Shown here in pieces: positions 15,101-23,144 of a stretch of 64,000 bases of DNA (the stretch's first letter is position 1; each line of letters begins with the position of its first letter). The stretch comes from Thermoplasmata archaeon (GTDB taxonomy: Archaea; Thermoplasmatota; DTKX01; DATEUP01): contig JBGQKI010000007.1 of assembly GCA_041499475.1 (NCBI GenBank), forward strand, positions 30,812 to 94,811. The letters run 5' to 3'. Position numbers and translations under genes: made by a program. Under the pieces are notes generated by a model. It made no database searches. It was not told the origin of the DNA and saw only the letters and a program-made list of their open reading frames with translations.

Positions 15101-17974
15101 GGCGACCTCAACGGCGACGGCAAGAACGACATCGCCGTGGCGGCCGACACCGACGGTACGGGAAGCCTCTACCTCATCTCGTGGAACACCACCTGCTCGT
15201 GCTACGACGGCGGCTCGATCGTCTCGCTGCCCATCGGCGGCTCGGTCGACGAAATCATCATCGCGGATGTGACGGACGATGGCCACAACGATGTCGTGAT
15301 CGCGACCGGCAACAACCAGCTCCAGGTCGCGTATTGGGAAGCCAACGCCCGCACCCTGGGGCAGTTCAAGATTGCCAATGTGTCGAAGTACGCGGCGCCG
15401 GCCTCCGGCAGCATCCGGATGGGCATCGCCGTGGGCAATTTCAGCAACGACACGCTCCCCGATGTGGCCACCACGAGCGGGGTCAGCCCGCTCTCCTACA
15501 TCTTCCGCCAGAAGGACCAGCTCTTCGGCACCTATGTGTCGGCGCCCATCGTCGACCTGGCCTTCGTCGGCGACCCCATTGTGTCGGCGTCCATGTGGTG
15601 GGACGACTACAATGTCGTTGCAAACGTCACGACCTTCAACGCCTCGGTCACCTTCGACGGCGGGTTCACATGGTTCCCCGCGGGCGAGAACCAGACGGTC
15701 AACCTCAACGGCTCCAACACCTCCTCGATCCAGTACAAGTTCGACTTCTGGTCGAGCCACGCGGCGGTTACGGCGTGGGTGCTGTCCGTCAACGTCGACT
15801 ACCTGGTCGAGACGACCCCGACCAATGTCAGTCTCGACTTTGCCCGCGACTTCCAGCCCGCCAACGGCGACTGCTACTTCCCCGGCGTGGCCCTGGGGCT
15901 GTTCCACTGCACGGTGCCGGCCAGCGTCGTCAACCGCTACGTGCTTGACAATTGGGGACAGCAAGACGCCAACGGCAGCGTCTATATCCCCATCCGCATC
16001 AAGTGGGAGCGGCCGGCCACGATCCAGCTCACGAACCTCTCCATCCCCTACAACGCGTGGTCATCGGCCCCCGCCCTCGTATGGCCCGCCGCCGGCGTCT
16101 TTGTCGACGCCACGCCGTCCTTCGTGGTCAACGCGGCCGACACCGACGGCGACACGCTGCGCTACCACATCCAGATCTCGACCGACCCGCTGTTTGCTAC
16201 GGTCGCGCGCGACTACGACGCCAACTTGAGCACAGCGGGCTGGGAACGTCCGCTCTTCCTCGCGGGCCTCGATGCGAACTTCACCATGCCCGACGCCGAC
16301 CGGCTTGCGAACGGGCAGAAGTACTGGTGGCGCGCCACCGCCTTTGACGGGTTGCAGTGGAGCGCGTGGTCGGTGCCGCAGAATTTCACGGTCGACGACC
16401 TTCCCCCCGAAGGACAGGCGACCTCGCCCGGCTTCTCCACGGTCGAGAGCTTCATCGTCTCGTGGTCGGCGGTCGACCCTGCAGGCGGGGCGGGGCTTGC
16501 CGCCGCACCCTTCGACGTGCAAGTCAAGGACGGCCTCGACGGTCCCTGGACCGACTTCAAGATCAGCGAGTCGGCGACCTCCGCAACCTTCAACGGCCTC
16601 AACGGCCACACCTACTGCTTCCGCATGCGGGCCGCCGACGCGGCCGGCAACCAGCAGCTCTACATCTCGAGCACCGCGGGCGACACGTGCACCACGATCG
16701 ACACCGACCGGCCGACCGCTTCGCTCCTCGACCTGCCGCCGTTCGAGCAGACGCGCAACTTCGAGGTCCGGTGGACGGGCGATGACGGCCCCAGCGGCTC
16801 GGGGATCGCCGGTTACAGCGTGGAAGTCATGCCCGAAGGCGGCGCCTGGTCCACCTGGCTCTCGAACTTCGCGGGCGACCACGGGATCTATACGGCGGCG
16901 GCCGACCGGCTTTACTCGTTCCGCGTTTCGGCGCGAGACCGCGCCGGGAACCTCGGCGACCCTTCGGCCGCCGGGTCGACGCGCGTGGACACTACGCCCC
17001 CGACCTGCCGCGTGAGCGTCCCCGGCGGCACCTCCACCTCGCTCGAAAACCTCGCGGTCTCGTTCTCCTGCAGCGACCCCGAGACGTCGGTCGCCGCGCT
17101 CGAGTACTGCGTGGGCACGGGCCCGGGCCTTTGCGATGTGCTGCTGCCCCAGCGCGTGACCAGCCCGGTCTCGGTGATCAGCGGCCTTAGCCTGGCCAAT
17201 GGCGGCACCTACCACATCAGCGTCCACGGCGAGAACGGGGCAGGCACCTGGTCGCCGTGGGTCGCCTCCTCGCCGGTGCGCGTGGTCATCCCGGGCCCCT
17301 CCGCCCACATCGAATACCTCGACGGCGTGTGGACCTCGACCGACCTCAACGTCACCTTCGGCGCCTCCGACAACCTCGGGTACCCCATCGTCGCCGGGGA
17401 GCTGCAGTACCGCCGCGCCCCCTTCCGCTACAATGCGCTCGGCACCTGGGAAGACTGGCTCACGGTGGCGCTCCCGCCCGACCAGGTCACGTACCACTTC
17501 GACTCCGCCTCGGTCATCCGGGGGTACGCATACGAGTTCCAGTACCGCGCGCGCAACTCGGTGGGCAGTTGGGGCGACCGCGCCACCGGCGGCACGCTCT
17601 ACGTGAACCAGCTGCCCGTGGCCTCGGCCGGCGCCGACCGTGTGGCGAACCTCTCGGAGCCGGTGCTCCTCGACGGCAGCGCGAGCCTGGACTACGACGG
17701 CGCGCGCGACGCGCTCACCTACACCTGGGAGATCGACGATGGCCGCACCTTCCCGGGCAGCACCGCCACGGTCACCTTCACCCAGCCCGGCACGCACCGC
17801 GCGACGCTGAAGGTCTCCGACGGCCACGAGAATGCCACCGCCACGGTCTACGTCTATGTGCCGCCGGCGGCGCCCCGCCAGGTCGCCCCCGGGTTTGACG
17901 GTCTGGTGCTGCTCGCCGCTCTCATCGGCGTGGCCGTGGTGCTCGGGGCCGGCCGCAAAGCCCGATCGGGATAG
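12170..17974 (+). CDS. Giant secreted surface protein: signal peptide, FG-GAP/VCBS repeats, ~13-14 WD40 blades, more FG-GAP repeats, Ig/Fn3-like modules, a PKD domain and a PGF-CTERM anchor
   Basis: GTG start preceded by AAGGAGGGG. The N-terminus has a hydrophobic signal. WD40 repeats include LASAGADNTVLLW, LASGGADKTIKVWN and LASSGSDGVVHVWN. FG-GAP motifs include GDFNSDGKDDLAV and GDLNGDGKNDIAV. The PKD module is DALTYTWEIDDG...ATLKVSDG. The C-terminus is PGFDGLVLLAALIGVAVVLGAGRKARSG. Confidence 0.85.
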   Translation: MSGRPRRLNSLGLKVTVFAIGLLCVPLPAPTASAFNTGQAVTQFYECTDPNWQQCRTGNVLDNVSAVRSGITSNEESTRYGFKFPVQGVASSIDLDVQGDHGYRTRTSLQNNQGAWNQPTALFQNTTSLFGLRTDLDTSSPFFPNTGNNANTSFTTGVANYDVASGDFNSDGKDDLAVLAGNTLQIRRFSGGNWLNSTNYTLSTGVPMGVKAVDLNLDGRMDAVVLTNVSGSAYWYAYVQNPWGGAHLEGPVFMVGGGLSTLPWDFDVGDLTGDGYPEIATVLPNRTVYWWSQFSGNNLDFWGANNYSVRFQTLQYGNRATFLAAAPAPCTSWVAQANIDNNIYVYYQTNLTTVATLTAHSNSVNGLAWSPNCQYLASAGADNTVLLWRTSNWTVAANLTNHTNAVYGLAFSPDSANLASGGADKTIKVWNLSTMPPTLDFDLADNNGTVFSLAYSPNGTYLVAGTGNSTVRVRSTVDYSLVANLTGHSLAIHSVAFSPDGLTLASGSDDDKMLVWDMVNLTKTLERTQAGADVYRVVFSPNGTRLLAASLDSHIRIYRTSDYALTDDVVEGSFFVYAADFERTGQFFFTGSTANYVRLWDKSVLTSIGRVQTGQEFSILSVAYAPDSRLAAGAEDGTVLVRWGDNGTLIKQIRAHNGTVNRVAWSPDGSLLASSGSDGVVHVWNSSTWAYAANLTILGNVTSLDFSDAGNRLAAASSTGAIAVWSASGFSVVANLTAPSAVNSLAFDPAGGQLVSAGSDAVVHVWNIASAWNFQNLTGPTAGLKAVDWSPDGSQVAAAGLDRRTRSWWTSNWTLNSNVAPHTGDIWALAFAPDSSRFATGGLDGRLYTYGRNGAVLQSYSVAPAGSSLLLSIAWTPDSTRIAAGWQDNRFASLTFQGCPVNVCIASEQAYGIAIGQADNTAGNDLVVVGAYHTTWQPDSGVWRLGFSGGVPYAWSNITWNAPSPVNAVPDGYRIALGDLNGDGKNDIAVAADTDGTGSLYLISWNTTCSCYDGGSIVSLPIGGSVDEIIIADVTDDGHNDVVIATGNNQLQVAYWEANARTLGQFKIANVSKYAAPASGSIRMGIAVGNFSNDTLPDVATTSGVSPLSYIFRQKDQLFGTYVSAPIVDLAFVGDPIVSASMWWDDYNVVANVTTFNASVTFDGGFTWFPAGENQTVNLNGSNTSSIQYKFDFWSSHAAVTAWVLSVNVDYLVETTPTNVSLDFARDFQPANGDCYFPGVALGLFHCTVPASVVNRYVLDNWGQQDANGSVYIPIRIKWERPATIQLTNLSIPYNAWSSAPALVWPAAGVFVDATPSFVVNAADTDGDTLRYHIQISTDPLFATVARDYDANLSTAGWERPLFLAGLDANFTMPDADRLANGQKYWWRATAFDGLQWSAWSVPQNFTVDDLPPEGQATSPGFSTVESFIVSWSAVDPAGGAGLAAAPFDVQVKDGLDGPWTDFKISESATSATFNGLNGHTYCFRMRAADAAGNQQLYISSTAGDTCTTIDTDRPTASLLDLPPFEQTRNFEVRWTGDDGPSGSGIAGYSVEVMPEGGAWSTWLSNFAGDHGIYTAAADRLYSFRVSARDRAGNLGDPSAAGSTRVDTTPPTCRVSVPGGTSTSLENLAVSFSCSDPETSVAALEYCVGTGPGLCDVLLPQRVTSPVSVISGLSLANGGTYHISVHGENGAGTWSPWVASSPVRVVIPGPSAHIEYLDGVWTSTDLNVTFGASDNLGYPIVAGELQYRRAPFRYNALGTWEDWLTVALPPDQVTYHFDSASVIRGYAYEFQYRARNSVGSWGDRATGGTLYVNQLPVASAGADRVANLSEPVLLDGSASLDYDGARDALTYTWEIDDGRTFPGSTATVTFTQPGTHRATLKVSDGHENATATVYVYVPPAAPRQVAPGFDGLVLLAALIGVAVVLGAGRKARSG

Positions 17975-18034
17975 CCCATTCGCCGAACCCCCCGGAAGGG
18001 TTTTGAAGGCGCTCGCCCCAAAGGTCGCCTCCCC

Positions 18035-18853
18035 ATGGCCGACGATGCGCCCGACATCCTTCGCGCCTCCCATATCGTGCTCCCGGGGGTGGGTCCCATC
18101 ACGGAGCGGCGGCTGTGGGCGGACGGCGTCGACACGCTCGAGGCGTTTGCGGCCCAAGGGCACATCGCCGGGTTCTCCCCCGAGCGCAAACGGGTGCTAA
18201 ACGGCGATGCGCTGCGCGCCGCGGGTGCCCACGCGCAGGGCGATGCGCCGTTCTTCGCGTCGCGCTTGCCCCACGGCGAGGCTTGGCGCATGTACGGGCG
18301 CTTCGCCGGCGAGGCCGCCTACCTCGACATCGAGACGAGCGGGCTCTCGCGGTACAGCGCGATCACCGTCGTGGGCATCTACCGACCGGCCATCGGCTTT
18401 TTAGGCCTCGTCCGGGGCCGGACGCTCTCGGCAGGCGCCATCAGCGAGGCCCTCGAGGGCGCAAAGCTCCTCGTCACCTTCAACGGCGCGGGGTTCGACC
18501 TGCCATTCATCCGCGCGTCGTTCCCTTCGGCGCGGCTGCCGGCCGCGCACCTCGACCTCCTATCGTGCGCGCGGCGCCTCGGCTGGCGCGGAGGCCTGAA
18601 GGCGATCGAACGACAGCTTGGCGTCACGCGCGACCTCGAGACGCGCGTGCTGGCGGGCTCCGACGCGGTGCGCCTGTGGCGCACCTTCGAGCGCACGGGC
18701 TCCGAAAACGCCCTGCGCCTGCTCGTGGGCTACAACCGCGCGGACTGCGAGAACCTCGAGCCCGTCGCCGGCGCAAGCGTCGGAGCGCTGCTGCGGCGGC
18801 TGGCCCCCCTGCGGCGCGCCGGCCTGCGGCAGGCGGCCCTACCCGCCGCCTGA
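18035..18853 (+). CDS. RNase H-like (DEDD) exonuclease, YprB/COG3359 family, with an N-terminal HhH
   Basis: LPGVGPITERRLWADGV (HhH), YLDIETSGL (Exo I) and LVTFNGAGFDLPFI (Exo II) are present. Confidence 0.65.
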   Translation: MADDAPDILRASHIVLPGVGPITERRLWADGVDTLEAFAAQGHIAGFSPERKRVLNGDALRAAGAHAQGDAPFFASRLPHGEAWRMYGRFAGEAAYLDIETSGLSRYSAITVVGIYRPAIGFLGLVRGRTLSAGAISEALEGAKLLVTFNGAGFDLPFIRASFPSARLPAAHLDLLSCARRLGWRGGLKAIERQLGVTRDLETRVLAGSDAVRLWRTFERTGSENALRLLVGYNRADCENLEPVAGASVGALLRRLAPLRRAGLRQAALPAA

Positions 18854-18961
18854 ACCGCCGGCCTTTTGGCGTTCATATCATGTCAAGGCAAGCCTTTATG
18901 CTGGCCGCGCTCCTGCCTTTACCGACGCTCAAGAACTCCTTCCCGAGGTGACCCTTAGCCC

Positions 18962-20215
18962 ATGCCCGCCTTCAGCGAGACCGAGACGCGCGCCGGCGTC
19001 GAGTACGAGCCGCGCCCCGTCAAGGACCTGCTCATCGAGATGAAGGACATCGCGGAGCTTAGCGTCGACCTTGCCTACAGCGCGCTCATCTTCGACTCCG
19101 AGGAGATCGCCGAGGAGGTCCTGCGGCTCGAGAGCCGGATGTACCGGCTGCGCTACCTGCTCCGCCTGCAGGTGATGCTCTCCACCCGGACGCTCCAGGA
19201 CGCCCAGATGATGCTCGGCATCCTCCAGGTGGCCGGTGCCGGTGGCACGATTGCAAATGCCGCCGCCGACATCGTAAAGGTGCTCTCTTCCGAACTCGAG
19301 TACCGGCCGCTTGCCCCCTTCATCCTCAAGGGGTCGGGCGAGCGGATCCGCCTCATCACCATGGAGGAGGCCTCGCCGCTCACGGGCCAGACCCTTGCCG
19401 ACCTGTCGCTCGAGACCCGGCTTGGCATCCGCGTCATCGCCGTAAGGCGCGGGAAGCGCTGGACGTACGACGTCCACGACGACGTCGTGTTCAAGGCCGG
19501 CGACCAGGTGATCGTCGTGGGGACCGAAGAGGGCATCGACCACCTGCGCGCGGTCGCGGCAGGGAAGAGCTCCTACGAAGATGCCGTCAAGGCGCAGCCG
19601 GCGCCAGCCCCGGCCCCCACCCCACCGCAGACCCCGGGCACCAAAGGCGAGACCGACGCCTGGTTTGTCGAACTCAAGGACACCTCCGACCTGATGGTCG
19701 ACCTCGCCTACAGCGCGATCCTCTACGACTCCCGCGAAATCGCCGAAGAAGTCGAGATCCTCGAGGAGGAAGTCGACGAGCTCGTGGGCAAACTCCAGCG
19801 CCGCGTGATCGAGGAGGCCATCGAGACGAAGAACGTCGACAAGCCCCTCATCATGTTCCATCTCTCGACGGCGATCGAGCAGATCGCCGACGCGGCGCGC
19901 GAGATCGCCGATGCGGCGCTGCGCGACATCCAGGTGCACCCCGTGCTCGTGGAGAGCGTGCGCGAGTCGGACGTTACGGTGACCCGCACCGCGGTCGGGC
20001 CCGACAGCGTCTTTGCGGCCAAGACGCTGCGCCAACTCCAGCTTGCGACCAAGACGGGGATGCGCGTGATTGCGATCCGCCGCGCGAAGAAGTGGATCGT
20101 GGGGCCGGGCCCCGAGGACAAGGTCGAGGCAGGCGATGTGCTCTTCGCGCGCGGGCCTCCTGCCGCCGAGGACCACCTGCGGGCGCTTTGCACCGGCAAG
20201 CGGCGCCGAATTTAG
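18962..20215 (+). CDS. Tandem (PhoU-like helical + TrkA-C/RCK_C) x2 regulatory protein (COG3273-like)
   Basis: There are two repeats of ...LAYSA(L/I)..DS.EIAEEV..LE... followed by G.TLA/LRQL.L....G.RVIA(V/I)RR..W...P....V.AGD..., joined by a Pro/Ala linker. Confidence 0.7.
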   Translation: MPAFSETETRAGVEYEPRPVKDLLIEMKDIAELSVDLAYSALIFDSEEIAEEVLRLESRMYRLRYLLRLQVMLSTRTLQDAQMMLGILQVAGAGGTIANAAADIVKVLSSELEYRPLAPFILKGSGERIRLITMEEASPLTGQTLADLSLETRLGIRVIAVRRGKRWTYDVHDDVVFKAGDQVIVVGTEEGIDHLRAVAAGKSSYEDAVKAQPAPAPAPTPPQTPGTKGETDAWFVELKDTSDLMVDLAYSAILYDSREIAEEVEILEEEVDELVGKLQRRVIEEAIETKNVDKPLIMFHLSTAIEQIADAAREIADAALRDIQVHPVLVESVRESDVTVTRTAVGPDSVFAAKTLRQLQLATKTGMRVIAIRRAKKWIVGPGPEDKVEAGDVLFARGPPAAEDHLRALCTGKRRRI

Positions 20216-20220
20216 GGTGC

Positions 20221-21405
20221 CTACAGGCCGCCGATCAAGGTGGCGACGCCAAGGAGCACGACGACCCCGACGACGTCGATGACGGAATTGGTGATGGGGA
20301 TCACCACATTGTCCGGGTCGGCCCCGAGCTTGAACGAGGCCACCGTGGTGTAGTAGCCGAGCGGCAGGACCAACGCGATGATGGCGGCCCCCGCGATCGC
20401 CGACACCCCGACCAGCCCCAAGAACCCGGGGTGGGCCACGCCCGTGAGCGCCGCGGTGATGAACACCAAGACGCCGATGGCCGGGAAGACGAGCATGCCG
20501 ACCCCCGCCATGTCGCGGATGTCGGCCATCGCGAAGGCGTCGGGGCGCCGCCCGAGCCGCGTGATCCCGAGGTGCATCGCCGAGGAGAGGCGGGAGGAGT
20601 GAATCGACGCCAGGTTACCGCCGTCGGCAAGCATGGGGGGGATGAGGATCAGGTAGGCCGCGTTCGCGGCGCCCGCGAGGTTATCCAGGTTGGCCTCGAG
20701 CACGAGCCCCGTGAGCAGTTCGAGGGCGACCGTCGCCACGAGGACCGGCAGGCTCTGGCGGAAAATTTGGCGGGCGATCGGCCGTTGGAGGCTCCAGGTC
20801 CGGTGGACGAGCCACGCCGTTGCCCCGAGGGCCGCGATGTCGACGGGCCAAACGAGCGCCGGGTTGAAGTCAACGGCAAGAAGGCCGCCGCCAAGGCCCA
20901 CGAGGAGGAGCGCGCTCAGCAGGTCGCCGCCGGCCGTGATGAGGGGCGCGTTCACGTTGTCGGGGTCGAAGCCCCGCTTGAACGCCACCGACGAAAGGAC
21001 GAAGGCCCCCACCGAGAGGACGACTCCGGCGACGACGCCCGAGACCGTGGCGATGAACACGAGGTTCTCGAGGCCGACGATCTTGATGCCGAGCGCCTGG
21101 GCGACGGTCCACGACAGGACGGAGAGGAGGAAGGACATGACGAGCGACTGCGCGGTCACGGCGAGCAGGTTCTGGTCGAGCACCTTCGAGCGGACGAGCC
21201 GCGGCCGGAGGAGCCCGGTGTGGAGGTACGTCCCGAGCCTCGACCCGAAGGGCGCGTAGATGTTGCCCCGCAGCGCGTTTGCCGCAGGCAAAAGCGCGAT
21301 GAGCCCGGGCACGAGGAGCAACACGCTTGCGTACTGGGCAAGGACAAGGCCGGCGAACAGGTCTCCGACGAGCCCCGCCAGCAGCGAGAGGGATGCCTGC
21401 CGCAC
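20221..21405 (-). CDS. MgtE-like divalent cation transporter, tandem-duplicated membrane domain (SLC41-type), with no cytosolic N/CBS domains
   Basis: The MgtE TM-domain signature occurs twice (PAANALRGNIYAPFGSRLGTYLHTG and PPMLADGGNLASIHSSRLSSAMHLG). About 10 TM segments are predicted. Confidence 0.8.
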   Translation of the reverse strand: MRQASLSLLAGLVGDLFAGLVLAQYASVLLLVPGLIALLPAANALRGNIYAPFGSRLGTYLHTGLLRPRLVRSKVLDQNLLAVTAQSLVMSFLLSVLSWTVAQALGIKIVGLENLVFIATVSGVVAGVVLSVGAFVLSSVAFKRGFDPDNVNAPLITAGGDLLSALLLVGLGGGLLAVDFNPALVWPVDIAALGATAWLVHRTWSLQRPIARQIFRQSLPVLVATVALELLTGLVLEANLDNLAGAANAAYLILIPPMLADGGNLASIHSSRLSSAMHLGITRLGRRPDAFAMADIRDMAGVGMLVFPAIGVLVFITAALTGVAHPGFLGLVGVSAIAGAAIIALVLPLGYYTTVASFKLGADPDNVVIPITNSVIDVVGVVVLLGVATLIGGL

Positions 21406-21597
21406 GGTCGGCGTATTCTTGATCAGCGGAGGCCAGATGCGCCGGATTTCCGAGTAGGTGAGCGCCTTCGGGACAACGGAGCGCCGTTTACGCGCGGGCT
21501 CCGTGGGTGTCCCCCCTTAGGGCGGACTCTTCGTCGAGCGCAACCTTCCAGGAAAGCGCGAGCAAGCCGCCAGCGCCGCCGGAAGCAGGATCGAGTC

Positions 21598-21605
21598 TAT
21601 TTAAG
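21598..21605 (+). promoter_or_regulatory. TATA box candidate (TATTTAAG)
   Basis: An A/T island in the 21406-21664 intergenic gap, ~60 nt upstream of GTG 21665. Confidence 0.35.
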
Positions 21606-21664
21606 GCCGCCGGGGCTCGTTACGTTTATCCGGCAAGGCGCGTCTCGCGCGCTTTGGGGTCGGG

Positions 21665-22444
21665 GTGCATCAGCTAACTCTTGGCCGGTGGCAGGGGGCC
21701 GCGCGCGGCTTGCATCCGGCGTTGCCAGTCGCCCTCGAACGGGAGCTTGCACGCGCACACCGGATGGACGAGCGCGCCGTGGCGGTGCGTTACAAGATGT
21801 ATACGACGCTGAAGAGCACCGCGCGGATTTCGCAGGACGGCCGCCTCCTCGTCACGCTTAGCGACGGGGTCGCGGAGGAGCCCCCCGAGGTCCAGGCCGC
21901 AATTGCCCACGTGCTCGCGGCCCGCGTGCTGTCGAGGCAAGCGCCGGGCTGGGCGCGGCAGGCCTACGGAGCGTGGCTTGCCGACCCGCGCACACGGGAG
22001 ATCTCCCTGCAGATGCGCGCGGCGCGCGCAAGGCGGCGCACGCTCGGCCCGCAGGGCCGCCACCACGACCTTGCTTTGCTCACCGGCGAGGTCGCGCGGT
22101 CGATGTTCGCCCCTCCCCTTTCGCCGCCGCCCGTTGCATGGACAAAGGGGCGCGCGCGCGCGGTCCTCGCCGCCTTCGACGAGGCCCACATCGCGATCAG
22201 CGTGTCGAGGTTGCTTGACCACCCTCGCGTGGGCAGCGACACGGTGCGCTACCTTCTCTACCACGAGCTCCTCCACTTCGAGGACTTCGTCGGCGAGCGG
22301 GCGCAGCCCGCGACCCCGGCACGCGCGCCGCGCCGAAGGCGACTCCACCCGCGGTCGTTCGTCGAGCGGCTCCACCGGTTCCCGGGGTGGAAGGCGGCCG
22401 AGGCCGACCTCGCGCGCGCCTGCAGGCGGCGGGTCGTCGACTGA
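21665..22444 (+). CDS. Putative HExxH zinc-metallohydrolase-like protein (SprT/YgjP-DUF45-like)
   Basis: The motif YLLYHELLHFEDF..., the downstream ...LHPRSFVERLHRFPGW and the upstream LKSTARIS..G.LLVTLS resemble the DUF45/SprT arrangement. The start is uncertain. Confidence 0.45.
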   Translation: MHQLTLGRWQGAARGLHPALPVALERELARAHRMDERAVAVRYKMYTTLKSTARISQDGRLLVTLSDGVAEEPPEVQAAIAHVLAARVLSRQAPGWARQAYGAWLADPRTREISLQMRAARARRRTLGPQGRHHDLALLTGEVARSMFAPPLSPPPVAWTKGRARAVLAAFDEAHIAISVSRLLDHPRVGSDTVRYLLYHELLHFEDFVGERAQPATPARAPRRRRLHPRSFVERLHRFPGWKAAEADLARACRRRVVD

Positions 22445-22454
22445 GGGGGTCGAG

Positions 22455-23144
22455 ATGAGCAAAGGCGGCGCGCGAGTGGTGCGGCGCACGGGGCTCGTGG
22501 TTGCCATCGACCTCGAGGACGGCGAGGCCGCGCTGCGCGTCGCGCGCGAGGCGGCGCCCTACGCCGACGCCGTGAAGCTCGGCTACCCCGCCGTCCTTGC
22601 GGCCGGCCTGCCGGTCGTGGGCCGCGTCGCTTCCGCTTCGAGGCTCCCCGTCATCTGCGACTTCAAGATCGCGGACATCCCGCCGGTGGCGGGCGCGATC
22701 GCGCGCCTGGCGCTTGAGGCCGGCGCCTCCGCCGTCATCTGCCACGCTTTTGCCGGGAGGGATTCGGTCGCCGCGGTGGCGGAGGCATGCGGCGCGAAGG
22801 GCGCGCTCGCCATTGCCGTCGTCGAGATGTCCCACGAGGGGGGCCGAGAGTTTACGGAGCCGGCCGCTGAGAGACTGCTCGATGCTGCGCTCGCCGGGGG
22901 TGCCGGAGGCATCGTCGCGCCGGCGACTCGGCCCGATCGGATCGCGGCGCTTCGCAAACGAGGCGCCGGCGTCCTCATCTTCAGCCCAGGCGCGGGCGCC
23001 CAGGGCGGCTCGCCGCGCGATGCGGCGCGCGCTGGCGCCGACTTCGTGATCGTGGGCCGGGCGATTGCCCAAGCGGAGAGCCCTGCCAGGGCCGCGGCCG
23101 AGGCGGCCAGTCAGATCGAGAAGGGACTCAGCGAGCGCATCTAG
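22455..23144 (+). CDS. pyrF: Orotidine 5'-phosphate decarboxylase
   Basis: From ATG 22455: LVVAIDL...ADAVKLGYP...VICDFKIADIP......VVEMSHEG...GIVAPATRP...FSPGAGAQGG...DFVIVGRAI. Confidence 0.9.
   Translation: MSKGGARVVRRTGLVVAIDLEDGEAALRVAREAAPYADAVKLGYPAVLAAGLPVVGRVASASRLPVICDFKIADIPPVAGAIARLALEAGASAVICHAFAGRDSVAAVAEACGAKGALAIAVVEMSHEGGREFTEPAAERLLDAALAGGAGGIVAPATRPDRIAALRKRGAGVLIFSPGAGAQGGSPRDAARAGADFVIVGRAIAQAESPARAAAEAASQIEKGLSERI

Noticed and set aside
16061-18163. 700-aa minus-strand ORF and other shadow ORFs across the giant WD40 gene (for example 12737..14215 and 14768..15964)
   Set aside because: They are antisense to a frame with clear WD40/FG-GAP/PKD repeats, and their products are Arg/Gly/Asp-rich junk.
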